The notes: generated by a model not told the origin, from the sequence alone. A stretch of DNA of 64,000 bases from Patescibacteria group bacterium (GCA_041649135.1 JBAZNQ010000001.1:163037-227036); one strand, 5' to 3'. Positions 52,634 to 63,006 are shown, numbered from the stretch's first letter. A program made the numbers and translations.

Positions 52634-54631
52634 TTACAGTTCTTGATGAATTTTGGTTGCCAGTCGTTTCCCCACAATCTTTGCAATGTCATTCACGGTA
52701 GCGTTTTTTACACCAGACATGGAGCCAAACTCTTTCACTAATTTCCTGCGAGTCGTCGCTCCAATGCCGCCGATCTTTTCTAACCCAGATTGGGTTGTCC
52801 GCTTCTTACGCAAATGAGTATGATAAGCAATCGCAAACCGATGAGCTTCATCACGAATATTTTGTAATAAAATCTTAGTCGGCGAATTATTCGGTAGATC
52901 CCCCATAGCTTTAGCGGAGGGGGATGGTCTCCATAATATTAGTTCATCTCTCGCCTTCGTCCGACTATGACTGCCCTTGGCAATCCCGATCACTGCCACT
53001 TTAAATCCCTGTAATACTTTTGCGATCGTATTTACTTGGCCCCTGCCGCCATCGATCAAAACCACATCTGGCAAGCCGGCAAACGCAGTGTCGCCGAGCT
53101 TGCCACCCCGAGCTTGCCGAGGGGCTACCTGTTTTTCTGATGCTAGATACGCAAATCTCCGTTTCAATACTTCCGCCAGAGACGCAAAATCATTTGGCCC
53201 AGTTACAGTTTTTATTTTAAATCGGCGATACTGTTTTTTATCCATTTGTCCCTTTTCCCACACCACCATCGCCCCGACCGCGTCAGTCCCCTGCAAATTA
53301 GAAATGTCGTACGCTTCAATTCGCTCTAATTTTTTCAATTTCAAAATTTTCTTTAATCCATCCACTCCCTCGGTTGCGACTAATTTTTCCAATTGCCACC
53401 GACCAGATATCTGATTAAACTTCATTTCTGCGTTCGACTGTGCCAACCGCACGATTGCCCGCTGTCGACCTTTGGTTGGAACTATCAGTTTTATCTTTTT
53501 GCCAGTCACACCTTCCAGCCATTTCTCAAATCCCTTGCTCGCGTCAATCATTTCAGGCGACATAATTACCTTTGGCAAATCCGCCGCCTCACTATAATAA
53601 TCCCGTAAAAACCCTGCCAAAATCTCAGACAGTTCCGTTTCGTATTTCGAGTCAATCGCATACTGCTGATAATTTAACAATTTGCCGGAGCGGACTTGTA
53701 ATAACACCACCATCGTCTTGTTCAGTTCTCGCGCTACTCCAATCGCATCTTCACTAACCGACAAATTGGTCTTCACCACACTTTGCCGCTCGTTAATCGC
53801 TTCCATCGCTTTCAACCCGTCGCGAATCCGCGCTGCCCGCTCAAATTCTTTATTTGCCGACAATCTCTGCATCTCCGATTTTAATTGGTTGATAACTAAC
53901 TGATAATTACCATGCAAAAATCGCACCACTTGTTCTATTGTTTTGTGATACTCTTTACTTTCAACTTTGCCGATACACACCCCCGGACAAATTTTCAGAT
54001 GATAATTCAAACAGGCACGACCACGCCCGCTTTTCAGACTAGCCGTCGTGATTTGATTAGTGGCGCTACACAACGGAAATGTTCGCTTGATCAATTTCAG
54101 CACCTCGTAGACTGATCCGGAAGAAGCATACGGCCCAAAATATTTTGCTCCATCTCTCACCACCTTCCTCGCCAACAAAATCCGCGGAAATTCTTCATTA
54201 ACCGTAATTCGAATATATAAATAGTTCTTATCGTCCCGCATCATCACATTAAATTGCGGTCGATATTTCTTGATCAGCTCGTTCTCTAAAATAAATGCTT
54301 CGACTTCGTTGCTAACTGTAATCGTGTCAATCTTGCTAATTCGCTCCACAAGTGCTCGCGTTTTTTGGTCAACACCATTGGTTAGTGGCTTATGGCTAGT
54401 GGCTCCCTTAAAGTAGCTCGCTATCCGTTTCCTCAAATCCTTCGCCTTCCCAACATAAATCACCTTCTCCTCCCGATCTCCCCGAACCAACTTGCTGTCA
54501 TCCTGAACTCGTTTCAGGATCTTAGATGCTGAAATAAATTCAGCATGACGCGGAGTGGAACATCCATACATCAAATACACTCCCGGCCCACTCGGGATTT
54601 TCTTCAAATCAGGTTTAAACATTTTTGCCAT
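52634..54631 (-). CDS. uvrC: excinuclease ABC subunit C
   Basis: PGVYLM, IYVGKAKDLRKR, FERAARIRD, IEAYDISN, IDGGRGQ, IRDEAHRFA; TATAAT 7 nt before ATG 54631 suggests a leaderless start. Confidence 0.96.
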   Translation of the reverse strand: MAKMFKPDLKKIPSGPGVYLMYGCSTPRHAEFISASKILKRVQDDSKLVRGDREEKVIYVGKAKDLRKRIASYFKGATSHKPLTNGVDQKTRALVERISKIDTITVSNEVEAFILENELIKKYRPQFNVMMRDDKNYLYIRITVNEEFPRILLARKVVRDGAKYFGPYASSGSVYEVLKLIKRTFPLCSATNQITTASLKSGRGRACLNYHLKICPGVCIGKVESKEYHKTIEQVVRFLHGNYQLVINQLKSEMQRLSANKEFERAARIRDGLKAMEAINERQSVVKTNLSVSEDAIGVARELNKTMVVLLQVRSGKLLNYQQYAIDSKYETELSEILAGFLRDYYSEAADLPKVIMSPEMIDASKGFEKWLEGVTGKKIKLIVPTKGRQRAIVRLAQSNAEMKFNQISGRWQLEKLVATEGVDGLKKILKLKKLERIEAYDISNLQGTDAVGAMVVWEKGQMDKKQYRRFKIKTVTGPNDFASLAEVLKRRFAYLASEKQVAPRQARGGKLGDTAFAGLPDVVLIDGGRGQVNTIAKVLQGFKVAVIGIAKGSHSRTKARDELILWRPSPSAKAMGDLPNNSPTKILLQNIRDEAHRFAIAYHTHLRKKRTTQSGLEKIGGIGATTRRKLVKEFGSMSGVKNATVNDIAKIVGKRLATKIHQEL

Positions 54632-54667
54632 CTTCTTCATTATAGAAGCCAAGCTACAATCCGATAT

Positions 54668-54946
54668 AAAAAAGCCCCCCATCGGAAGGGGGGCTCGACG
54701 ACCGTAGTCGCCTCATCCACTTTTCCCATACCGGCACGCGGTTGCTCTCTATTGCAGTAAAGAGCTGTCGCCATGAGTAAGCGCTTGAGACCGAACTCGA
54801 AAGTCCGATCACTCACAGCCAAGCCGAGAACGAAAAGTGGAAGGTACGTGCCGAAGGCCGACATATCAGCCCCCAAAGGAGCTACGCCGACCTTTACAGG
54901 CAACGCCACCGTTGTCGCCACAGCCAATGCTGTAGTCACCAACCGC
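54668..54946 (-). ncRNA. candidate structured RNA (~280 nt)
   Basis: TTGACG-N17-TAGTTT promoter (54981-54953), terminator 54668-54694, 10 bp stem 54716-25/54832-41 and further hairpins. Confidence 0.5.
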
Positions 54947-55010
54947 ACCGCCAAACTACCATAGCTAATATCGCTCGTCAATCCATTCAGAGACCTATCG
55001 CTATTTCAAC

Positions 55011-55185
55011 AAAAAGCCCCTTCCGGATGTCTCCCCCACAAAAGTAGGAGCTAGCTTCCGAAAGGGGCGGGGTTCTGTTGGGTTTCAACTACCTTATGCC
55101 CCGTCTCGCGGTATATCTCCAAGAACCCCAAGCGCAACTCAATTGCCCCGATGACCAGCAGAACCCCTACAAGGAGCAATCCGCA
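55011..55185 (-). ncRNA. candidate structured RNA (~170 nt)
   Basis: TG-N-TAAAAT at 55199-55191, 12/13 bp closing stem 55069-81/55155-67, terminator-like stem 55011-55068. Confidence 0.4.
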
Positions 55186-55221
55186 TTCTCATTTTAGCAT
55201 TTTTGCAACTGTATACATAAG

Positions 55222-55787
55222 AAAAACCCCGCCCGAATCAATCGGGCGGGGACAAGGGTTGTATCGGCCCTCCGGTCAAACATGGGTTAGGGACGTCAAC
55301 TAACCACAGTGATCCGGCGCTTAAGCAGCCCCAGAAAAAACATCACGAGACTCACTGGGGGAAGATTGATTATGGTTATCTGCTGATGCGGGACAGTTGG
55401 TGCTGGTGCACGCTCAAACCAACCAGTCTGTCATCAACAACGTTTCCATAATTACGGAGGGACCACTTAATTAGTATCTCTCCGCATCTCCACTTAACCC
55501 ACGTCTCGTCCTCCGTGGAAGGCCTCCACGACACACGCGCAACGCTGATTACCCAACACCACACGTTGCGGGCAAATTTAAGGAGCAGAGAGGAGAAGCA
55601 GTTTGCTTACCGTATTCTGGTAGATCTCGGCTGACGCAAGTGCTAATGGACCCATCGTGAATCCCAACTTGGCATCAGTTGCCAACTGCTTCTCCTAACG
55701 GCTTCAGCGATCACGCTAACCATCCCCCGCGGAGCTTTGTCTTATTCAGAGTCTACTCCAGATGATCAGCATCTCGCTCAAGCCGTA
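55222..55787 (-). ncRNA. candidate large structured ncRNA (~570 nt)
   Basis: TTGACG-N17-TAGATT promoter (55822-55794), terminator 55222-55251, consecutive long stems, no credible ORF. Confidence 0.6.
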
Positions 55788-55825
55788 CAGCCCAATCTAG
55801 CAATCCATCCGATCAGCGTCAAGCC

Positions 55826-58687
55826 CTATTTAAACAACTTCGACAAGTACTGTCCGGTATAACTTCGCTTAATTTTTGCCACTTGTTCCGGTGTCCCTTC
55901 AGCGATAATTTCACCGCCCATATCCCCGCCCTCTGGGCCCATATCGATAATCCAGTCCGCCGTTTTAATGACATCTAGATTATGTTCAATGACGATTACT
56001 GAATTATTCTTTTCCACTAGCCGATGCAACACATTTAATAAATTCTTCACATCTTCAAAGTGCAAACCGGTCGTTGGCTCATCCAGAATATACAAAGTTT
56101 TTCCAGTTGCCCGTCGTGATAATTCAGTCGCCAATTTTATTCGTTGCGCTTCACCTCCGGATAATTGTGTTGCCGGTTGACCAAGTTTAATGTAGCCCAG
56201 ACCGACTTCCTGCAAAGTATCCAATTTATTTTTGATCGGCGGGATATTGGCAAAGAATTCCGATGCATCATCAACTGTCAGGTCTAGGACATCGGCAATA
56301 TTTTTGCCCTTGTAATGGATCGATAAAGTTTCCTGATTATACCTTCTGCCCTGGCACACATCACACGGCACATACACATCCGGTAAAAAATGCATCTCGA
56401 TTTTTATAACTCCATCTCCGCGACAATTTTCGCACCGACCGCCTCTCACGTTAAATGAAAATCTTCCTTGTTTAAAACCCCGCATCTTAGCTTCCGGCAA
56501 TTGCGTAAATAGATCCCGAATATACGTGAATAAGCCTGTATAAGTCGCCGGATTACTTCTGGGACTCCGACCGATCGGCGACTGGTCAATATTAATTACC
56601 TTATCCAAATAATTGATACCATTAATCGCCTGATGTTGCCCCGGCTGTTCATGCGCCCCGTAAAAATCACGCGATAACCGCTTCGCCAAAATTTCATTGA
56701 TCAGTGTTGATTTACCCGAACCCGACAATCCTGTTACACACACAAAAGTCTGCAATGGTAGCCGCACATCCAGATTTTTTAAATTGAACTCGCTCGCTCC
56801 CAAGATCTCCAGCCATTTCCCATTTGGCGTCCGACGCTTTTTCGGCACTTCAATTTTTTTTGTCCCAGCCAAATACTGACCCGTTAATGACTTTTTATTC
56901 TTTTCAATCTCATTAGGCGTACCCTCCGCCACGATCTCTCCGCCATACTTACCAGCCAGCGGTCCCACATCAATTACCCAATCCGCGGTTCTGATAGTTT
57001 CTTCGTCGTGTTCTACTACCAGCACTGTATTTCCCAAATCCCTTAATCCCATCAGAGTTTTGATCAACCGGCGATTATCGTATTGATGTAAACCGATAGA
57101 CGGTTCATCCAAAATATAAATTACACCAGACAGACCCGAGCCAATTTGAGTTGCCAACCGAATTCGTTGGGCTTCCCCACCCGATAATGTATTAGCCGAC
57201 CGGTCTAAGGTCAAATACTGCAGCCCTACATTTTGCAAAAAGCCCAACCGTTCTGACACTTCCTTCAAAACCTGTTTCACGATCATCTGGTCTTGTGCGC
57301 TAAGTTTTAATTCGGCAAAAAAATCCACCGCATTTCTCACTGGCAATTTTGATACTTCCACAATTGATTTTTCTCCTACCGTTACCGCCATTACCTCCGG
57401 CTTCAATCGGCTACCATTACACTCCGGACACATCTTGCTAGTCATATACTGTTCAATTTCCGCTCGAATAAAATCGGAATCAGTCTCTTTGTACCGCCGC
57501 ATCAAATTTGGTACGACTCCCTCGTACTTCACAACATATTCATTAGTTTTGCCATGCGGGGTTTGATATTTGACTGTTATTTCTTCCGTACCCGCTCCGT
57601 ACATCACGATCTCGATCGCCTTCTCTGATAATGTGTCCACTGGCGCATTAATATCAAATTTAAATTTCTTCGCTACCGCTTCCAAAATTCGGTTATTCCA
57701 TCCTCCACCGCTGACCATGTGCGCCCCCCACGGTCGAATTGCCCCCTCTGTAATGCTCAATTTTTTATTTGGCATCAATAAATCAGGATTCAACTCCAGC
57801 GTTACTCCCAGCCCCGTACATTTTGGACATGCGCCATGTGGACTATTAAATGAAAAATGTCGTGGCTCAAATTCCGGAATACTAATATCACACTTTGGGC
57901 ATGCCAGACTCTCCGAGAAAAACCAATCTTGTTCCCCATCCGACACTTTTAATTTCCCCTGTCCCAATTTCAAGGCCGTCTCCAACGAATCGGCCAATCG
58001 CGTCCGAGTATCCTGACTAGCATCTGCTAAGTCCAATCTGTCCACCACTACTTCAATGGTGTGCTTTTTGTTTTTGTCCAATTCAATTTTTTCTTCTAGT
58101 TCATAAACACTCCCATCCACCCGAGCTCGGACATAACCACCTTTCCTCAAATCCGCCAACTCCTGCTTGTACTCCCCTTTTCTGTCTGACACCACCGGCG
58201 CCAAAATCATGGCCGACTTTAATTTTAATCCCAGTACATGTGCCAAAATTTGATCAATGCTCTGCCGTACCACTATTTGTCCGCACTTGGGACAATGCGG
58301 CACACCGACACGGGCATACAACAACCGCAAATAATCATAAATCTCGGTAATTGTTCCAACCGTTGATCGGGGGTTAGACGATGACGACTTTTGATCAATT
58401 GAAATCGCCGGAGATAGCCCTTCGATACTATCCACATCCGGTTTATTACTGGCACCTAAAAATTGTCTAGCATATGCCGACAATGATTCAACATATCGGC
58501 GGTGTCCTTCAGCATAAATCGTATCAAACGCCAACGAGCTCTTCCCCGAACCAGACATTCCAGTAATCACCACCATTTGGTTCTTGGGGATTTTTACATT
58601 AACATTTTTAAGATTGTGCTCACGCGCCCCGCGAACCTCAATATAGTTTTTCATTTGTTCCGCTAATGAAAAAATTTTATTACTCAC
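55826..58687 (-). CDS. uvrA: excinuclease ABC subunit A
   Basis: [21 protein letters not shown], two LSGGEAQR signatures, zinc fingers. Confidence 0.98.
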   Translation of the reverse strand: MSNKIFSLAEQMKNYIEVRGAREHNLKNVNVKIPKNQMVVITGMSGSGKSSLAFDTIYAEGHRRYVESLSAYARQFLGASNKPDVDSIEGLSPAISIDQKSSSSNPRSTVGTITEIYDYLRLLYARVGVPHCPKCGQIVVRQSIDQILAHVLGLKLKSAMILAPVVSDRKGEYKQELADLRKGGYVRARVDGSVYELEEKIELDKNKKHTIEVVVDRLDLADASQDTRTRLADSLETALKLGQGKLKVSDGEQDWFFSESLACPKCDISIPEFEPRHFSFNSPHGACPKCTGLGVTLELNPDLLMPNKKLSITEGAIRPWGAHMVSGGGWNNRILEAVAKKFKFDINAPVDTLSEKAIEIVMYGAGTEEITVKYQTPHGKTNEYVVKYEGVVPNLMRRYKETDSDFIRAEIEQYMTSKMCPECNGSRLKPEVMAVTVGEKSIVEVSKLPVRNAVDFFAELKLSAQDQMIVKQVLKEVSERLGFLQNVGLQYLTLDRSANTLSGGEAQRIRLATQIGSGLSGVIYILDEPSIGLHQYDNRRLIKTLMGLRDLGNTVLVVEHDEETIRTADWVIDVGPLAGKYGGEIVAEGTPNEIEKNKKSLTGQYLAGTKKIEVPKKRRTPNGKWLEILGASEFNLKNLDVRLPLQTFVCVTGLSGSGKSTLINEILAKRLSRDFYGAHEQPGQHQAINGINYLDKVINIDQSPIGRSPRSNPATYTGLFTYIRDLFTQLPEAKMRGFKQGRFSFNVRGGRCENCRGDGVIKIEMHFLPDVYVPCDVCQGRRYNQETLSIHYKGKNIADVLDLTVDDASEFFANIPPIKNKLDTLQEVGLGYIKLGQPATQLSGGEAQRIKLATELSRRATGKTLYILDEPTTGLHFEDVKNLLNVLHRLVEKNNSVIVIEHNLDVIKTADWIIDMGPEGGDMGGEIIAEGTPEQVAKIKRSYTGQYLSKLFK

Positions 58688-58730
58688 CAGCCCCAGTTAA
58701 TCCAAAGTGTTAGTCGTATCCGTACTCGTA

Positions 58731-59189
58731 TCAATTTCCACCGGGCAAATCTAGCTGATTAGTTAAAAATCCATTGCCATATTCCATATCGCCACCCTTG
58801 CATTGCACCCCGATCAACCAGCCACCGATCATATATAGCAACAATCCGGTTAGCGCCGCGACGATCATCTGTTTCGATAATCCAACACTTAATTCTCCCC
58901 CCGATGCTCCCATTGAAGTGGCATAAATAATTCCTGCGGCAATTACCATCAACACTGCTAGTGTTACCAATACCGTCGAACCAAGATCAATTGCCGTACA
59001 CACATATTGACCAAAAGTCAGACTGGTAGTGGTACTACTTGCGTTATCTCCAGTCGCCGCCAACACTGCTGCCAGCAATCCGCTAGCTTGCGATACATAT
59101 ACCAATCCCACCAGCCCCACGGCGCCCCAGTAGATCTTGATCAACCACTTCGCCCAGCCCAGTTTGTGATTATTCTTCTTATTCATCAT
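58731..59189 (-). CDS. TrbC/VirB2-like pilin-type membrane protein
   Basis: Leader plus two TMs, LAVLMVIAAGIIY.TS.G...K..IVAALTGLLL; start moved to MMNKK. Confidence 0.65.
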   Translation of the reverse strand: MMNKKNNHKLGWAKWLIKIYWGAVGLVGLVYVSQASGLLAAVLAATGDNASSTTTSLTFGQYVCTAIDLGSTVLVTLAVLMVIAAGIIYATSMGASGGELSVGLSKQMIVAALTGLLLYMIGGWLIGVQCKGGDMEYGNGFLTNQLDLPGGN

Positions 59190-59378
59190 CACTAGCCTGA
59201 TTTCAGGCTGTATTGTACACGAAAACCCCACTCTCTTCAATCCCCAGAGAGAATCTAAACGATCTAACCAGCCTTCGCCGAACACCCCACCCAGTCAAGT
59301 TTTCTCCCATCTGGCCATTGGAGCTTGAGCGTCTTGGGTTTTGAATCCCCTTCGAGCCAATTGCGTCCTATCCTAATT

Positions 59379-59551
59379 TGGCCATTGGAGCGAAGTCGTC
59401 TTGAATTGAGATAAATTGCCGTCGCGGGGGCATGTTTGACGAGGTGGCAACCGAGGAGTTTGCCCTTTAAGCGGTAAGGCAATTTGTCCAATGAACAGAC
59501 CGAGCGAACACGGCCACGGCTTTGGATACTTTCCCCAAGAGGAAAGTATCC
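59379..59551. repeat. structured interspersed element, copy B
   Basis: Stem 59410-20/59478-88, CATGTTTGA core, GGCCACGGCTTTG, terminal hairpin 59524-34/59541-51. Confidence 0.7.
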
Positions 59552-59608
59552 GCCCCTCAAGGGTGGCGTAGACCCTTGGAAAGAAAAATAAACATTTCTG
59601 TTTCTGTC

Positions 59609-59635
59609 TGGATTCCCGATCAGGTCGGGAATGAC
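59609..59635. repeat. REP-like palindrome
   Basis: TGGATTCCCGATCAGGTCGGGAATGAC, same GTCA..GAATCC family as the intragenic inserts. Confidence 0.7.
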
Positions 59636-59674
59636 GAAGGAAAAAAGAAACAAAAACAAAGCCGAAGGCAAAAC

Positions 59675-61873
59675 CTAAGACTTCTCTTCAAATCCACACT
59701 TCGTACAAACCGGATAGCCTTTTTTCGCTGGTTTAGTCATCATTTCTCCGCAAGTTGGACAAGGCTGCTCTACTGGTTCATCCCACGAAGCAAAATCACA
59801 CTTCGGATAATTACCACATCCCCAAAATACTTTCCCACGTTTGGTCCGACGTACTACTACTCGTCCTTCCTTACATTTCGGACAAGCCATATCGACTGTC
59901 GGCAAATTAATATTTTCAATATTTTTGCATTCCGGATAATTGCTACAACCATAAAACGGACCAAACCGGCCAGTTTTTTTCACCATCGGCGCTCCACACT
60001 TACTACACACTTTGTCAGTTGCTTCAACCGTGCTCTTACCATGACCATCAATTGGTTCGGTATATTTACATTCCGGAAATCCCGAACAAGCCATAAATTT
60101 TCCAAACCGACCGGTTTTTATCACCATCGGTTTACCACATTTGATGCAGACTTTATCAGTCGCTTCATCTTCTGTTACTTGTTTGACCACTTCTTTGTCC
60201 TTTAATTGTATTTGCTTAATAAATGGTTCATAAAATTCCCGTATTACCGGCTCCCATTTCTTTTTGCCTTCCGCCACTTCATCCAGATCATCTTCCATCC
60301 GCGCTGTAAAATTATAATCCACGATATTGGGAAAATGTTCTACTAGAAAATCATTTACCATCATCCCGACTGGTTGCGGGATCAACATTCGTTTTTCTTT
60401 TTTGACATAGCCTCGCACACCCAAAGTTACGATCGTTGGCGCATAAGTACTCGGTCGGCCAATTCCCATCTTTTCCATTTGCTTTACCAGCGATGGTTCA
60501 GTATACCGAGCCGGTGGTTCAGTAAAATGCTGGGTCGGCGAAACTTTCAACAATTTTAGTATCTCATCATTAGATACTACTGGCAGTTTATTTTCTTGAA
60601 ATGGCCACCTATCAAATACTTTTGCAAAACCGGGGAAAATAATTATTGCCCCATTTGCTTTACTCTCCACGGTGTCCGACCTCACGATCACTTCTTTGGT
60701 TTGGATCTGCGCCGATTTCATTTGGCACGCGATCATTCTCTGCCAAACCAATTTGTATAATTTAAACTGCTCATCGGTTAGTTTGCCTCGCACTTGGTCG
60801 GGAGTTAGCGCTGGATTAGTCGGCCGAATTGCTTCATGAGCTTCCTGTGCCCCTTTACTCTTGGTTTTATAGAATCTTGGTTTCTCCGGCAGATATTCCC
60901 CTCCAAACATCTGTTCGATAGTCTGTCTCGCTACCATCACCGCCGACATTGCCAAACTCGTTGAGTCAGTTCGCATATAAGTAATTAGACCAACCTGTCC
61001 GCTTCCAACATCCACCCCTTCGTATAGTTGCTGGGCTACCGTCATCGTGCGCTTTACCCCAAACCCCAACTGCGTTCCTGCCGCTTGCTGAAGTGTTGAA
61101 GTAGTAAACGGTGCTGCTGGATGACGTTCTTTCATATCATCCTTAATGCCAACGATCTTGTGTTCGGTAGCATTCTCCAATATCTTCACGATCCGATCAG
61201 CGTCAGCTTGTACCACCAAAGTCGGAACCTGACCATTTTCTTTGATGACCTCGGCAACCAACTGTTCGCTACCAGTAGTTTGAAATTGCGTTTCGATCGT
61301 CCAATATTCTTGAGGATCAAATGCTTCGATCTCCCGTTCTCGTTCGACTAATAATCGCAACGCTACTGATTGCACCCGTCCGGCTGATAACCGCCTAAAG
61401 ATCTTCCGCCACAATAACGGGCTTAATTTATAGCCCACTAACCTATCCAAAATTCTCCGCGCTTGTTGGGCATCAACCAAATTCAGATCAATTTTGCGAG
61501 TATGTTTAAACGCCTCCTTAATTGCTTCAGGTGTAATTTCATGAAACGCCACCCGATGGATTTTTTCATCAGCCTTTTTCAAAACTTGCTGAATATGCCA
61601 GCCGATCGCTTCTCCCTCACGATCCTCGTCAGTTGCTAGATAGACCTCATTAGCCTTACTCGCCAGTTCTTTTAATTTAGTTACTGTTTTTCGACTCGCA
61701 GTTGGGATGACATATTCCGGTTGGAAATCATCCTCCACCGCCACCCCCAATTTTGATTTCGGTAAATCCCGAACGTGCCCATAAGACGCTTCCACTTTAT
61801 ATTTATCACCCAAAATCTTGGCAATTGTTCTTGCCTTTGTTGGTGATTCCACAATAACTAAATCTTTGGTCAT
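59675..61873 (-). CDS. topA: DNA topoisomerase I
   Basis: LVIVESPTKA, ATDEDREGEAI, SAGRVQS, ITYMRTDS, GIGRPSTY, C-terminal zinc ribbons. Confidence 0.98.
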   Translation of the reverse strand: MTKDLVIVESPTKARTIAKILGDKYKVEASYGHVRDLPKSKLGVAVEDDFQPEYVIPTASRKTVTKLKELASKANEVYLATDEDREGEAIGWHIQQVLKKADEKIHRVAFHEITPEAIKEAFKHTRKIDLNLVDAQQARRILDRLVGYKLSPLLWRKIFRRLSAGRVQSVALRLLVEREREIEAFDPQEYWTIETQFQTTGSEQLVAEVIKENGQVPTLVVQADADRIVKILENATEHKIVGIKDDMKERHPAAPFTTSTLQQAAGTQLGFGVKRTMTVAQQLYEGVDVGSGQVGLITYMRTDSTSLAMSAVMVARQTIEQMFGGEYLPEKPRFYKTKSKGAQEAHEAIRPTNPALTPDQVRGKLTDEQFKLYKLVWQRMIACQMKSAQIQTKEVIVRSDTVESKANGAIIIFPGFAKVFDRWPFQENKLPVVSNDEILKLLKVSPTQHFTEPPARYTEPSLVKQMEKMGIGRPSTYAPTIVTLGVRGYVKKEKRMLIPQPVGMMVNDFLVEHFPNIVDYNFTARMEDDLDEVAEGKKKWEPVIREFYEPFIKQIQLKDKEVVKQVTEDEATDKVCIKCGKPMVIKTGRFGKFMACSGFPECKYTEPIDGHGKSTVEATDKVCSKCGAPMVKKTGRFGPFYGCSNYPECKNIENINLPTVDMACPKCKEGRVVVRRTKRGKVFWGCGNYPKCDFASWDEPVEQPCPTCGEMMTKPAKKGYPVCTKCGFEEKS

Positions 61874-61969
61874 AAATTTTTTCTTCCCCCTGTTCCCCGA
61901 TCCCTGATCCCTGATCCCTAGCCCTCGCAGACCCTTCGTAGTTCCGCTGAAGAGCAGAACGTAGTCGGG

Positions 61970-62842
61970 CTAACCCCTCACCCCAAACTTCCCCATACCA
62001 GCATTAATAATAACTCCGCGCATTTCTAAGAAGGTTACGATAACGTTTATCTCCGATGTCGTCAATTCTGTCAATTGGGCAATCTCATCAATTGTCTTGG
62101 CACCAGAGGTAAGTGTGTCATAAATGATTTGTTCCAATTCCGTCAAATCATTCGCTACTGCCACCATTGGCGCCTCTACCACATCATTGGGTCCCAAAAC
62201 TGGTTTAGCCCCTTCCGCGATCAATTGATTCGGACCAAAAGCATTTGGATTGGTAATCTGCCCCGGTACCGCTAAAACTTCTCGATTATAATCCAACCCC
62301 AATCTAGCAGTAATCAATGCCCCGCTTCCTTCTGCCGCTTCCACCACCACGATCTTGTGACTCAAACCAGCAATAATCCTATTTCGTTGTGGAAAATGTT
62401 GTTTCAACGGCGGCGTCCCTGCGGGATATTCCGAAATTAAAGCTCCTCCGTTTTGAAGGATCACCTTAGCCAATTCTCTATTGGTAGGCGGATAAATTGA
62501 TTCATCATCAATCCCTGAACCCAACACCGCCACTGTTACTCCTTTTTGATTGACCACCGCCTGATGTGCCAAACTATCCACTCCGTAAGCCAAGCCACTC
62601 ACGATCACACATCGATTGGCTAGCTTTTCTGCTAAAACTGTCGCCACTTGGATCCCATATGGAGTCGGTTTACGCGAACCAACCATAGCCACCATTTCAT
62701 CACCTCGCCAATCTAAATTCCCCCGCACATACAATTTCTGTGGCGGATCAGAAATTTCTTTCAACTGGGCAGGATATTCTGCATCAGTCATATCAACTAC
62801 TCGAATATCGTTTACAACTTCCATAACGTTTTCAGAATACAT
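61970..62842 (-). CDS. dprA: DNA-processing protein DprA
   Basis: VGSRK, IVSGLAYGVD, FPQRNRIIAGLS, VEA..GSGALITA, winged-helix C-terminus. Confidence 0.96.
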   Translation of the reverse strand: MYSENVMEVVNDIRVVDMTDAEYPAQLKEISDPPQKLYVRGNLDWRGDEMVAMVGSRKPTPYGIQVATVLAEKLANRCVIVSGLAYGVDSLAHQAVVNQKGVTVAVLGSGIDDESIYPPTNRELAKVILQNGGALISEYPAGTPPLKQHFPQRNRIIAGLSHKIVVVEAAEGSGALITARLGLDYNREVLAVPGQITNPNAFGPNQLIAEGAKPVLGPNDVVEAPMVAVANDLTELEQIIYDTLTSGAKTIDEIAQLTELTTSEINVIVTFLEMRGVIINAGMGKFGVRG

Positions 62843-62904
62843 ATAATATATGTGATTGGTCTACCCCATGTTAATCCACCAGACCATGATCGCAGTAACA
62901 TAGA

Positions 62905-63002
62905 ACTCTCTACTCTCTACTCTCTACTCTCTACTCTCTACTCTCTACTCTCTACTCTCTACTCTCTACTCTCTACTCTCTACTCTCTACTCTCTACTCT
63001 CT
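62905..63002 (+). repeat. perfect heptamer microsatellite (ACTCTCT)x14
   Basis: 14 exact copies ending 4 nt before ATG 63007. Confidence 0.95.
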
Positions 63003-63006
63003 TACT

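Noticed and set aside
54640-54981. 113 aa membrane protein ORF
   Set aside because: Its TTG start coincides with a -35 box, it has no RBS, and it reads through a terminator; better explained as RNA.
55222-55787. RNase P RNA, tmRNA or SRP RNA identity
   Set aside because: I could not find their hallmark sequences on either strand, so it is left as an unclassified candidate.
59264-60205. ORFs 59264-59671 (-) and 59522-60205 (+)
   Set aside because: They are translations of the repeat element and the antisense shadow of topA.
62905-63002. CRISPR array
   Set aside because: Pure 7-mer tandem repeat without spacers, and no cas genes in the window.
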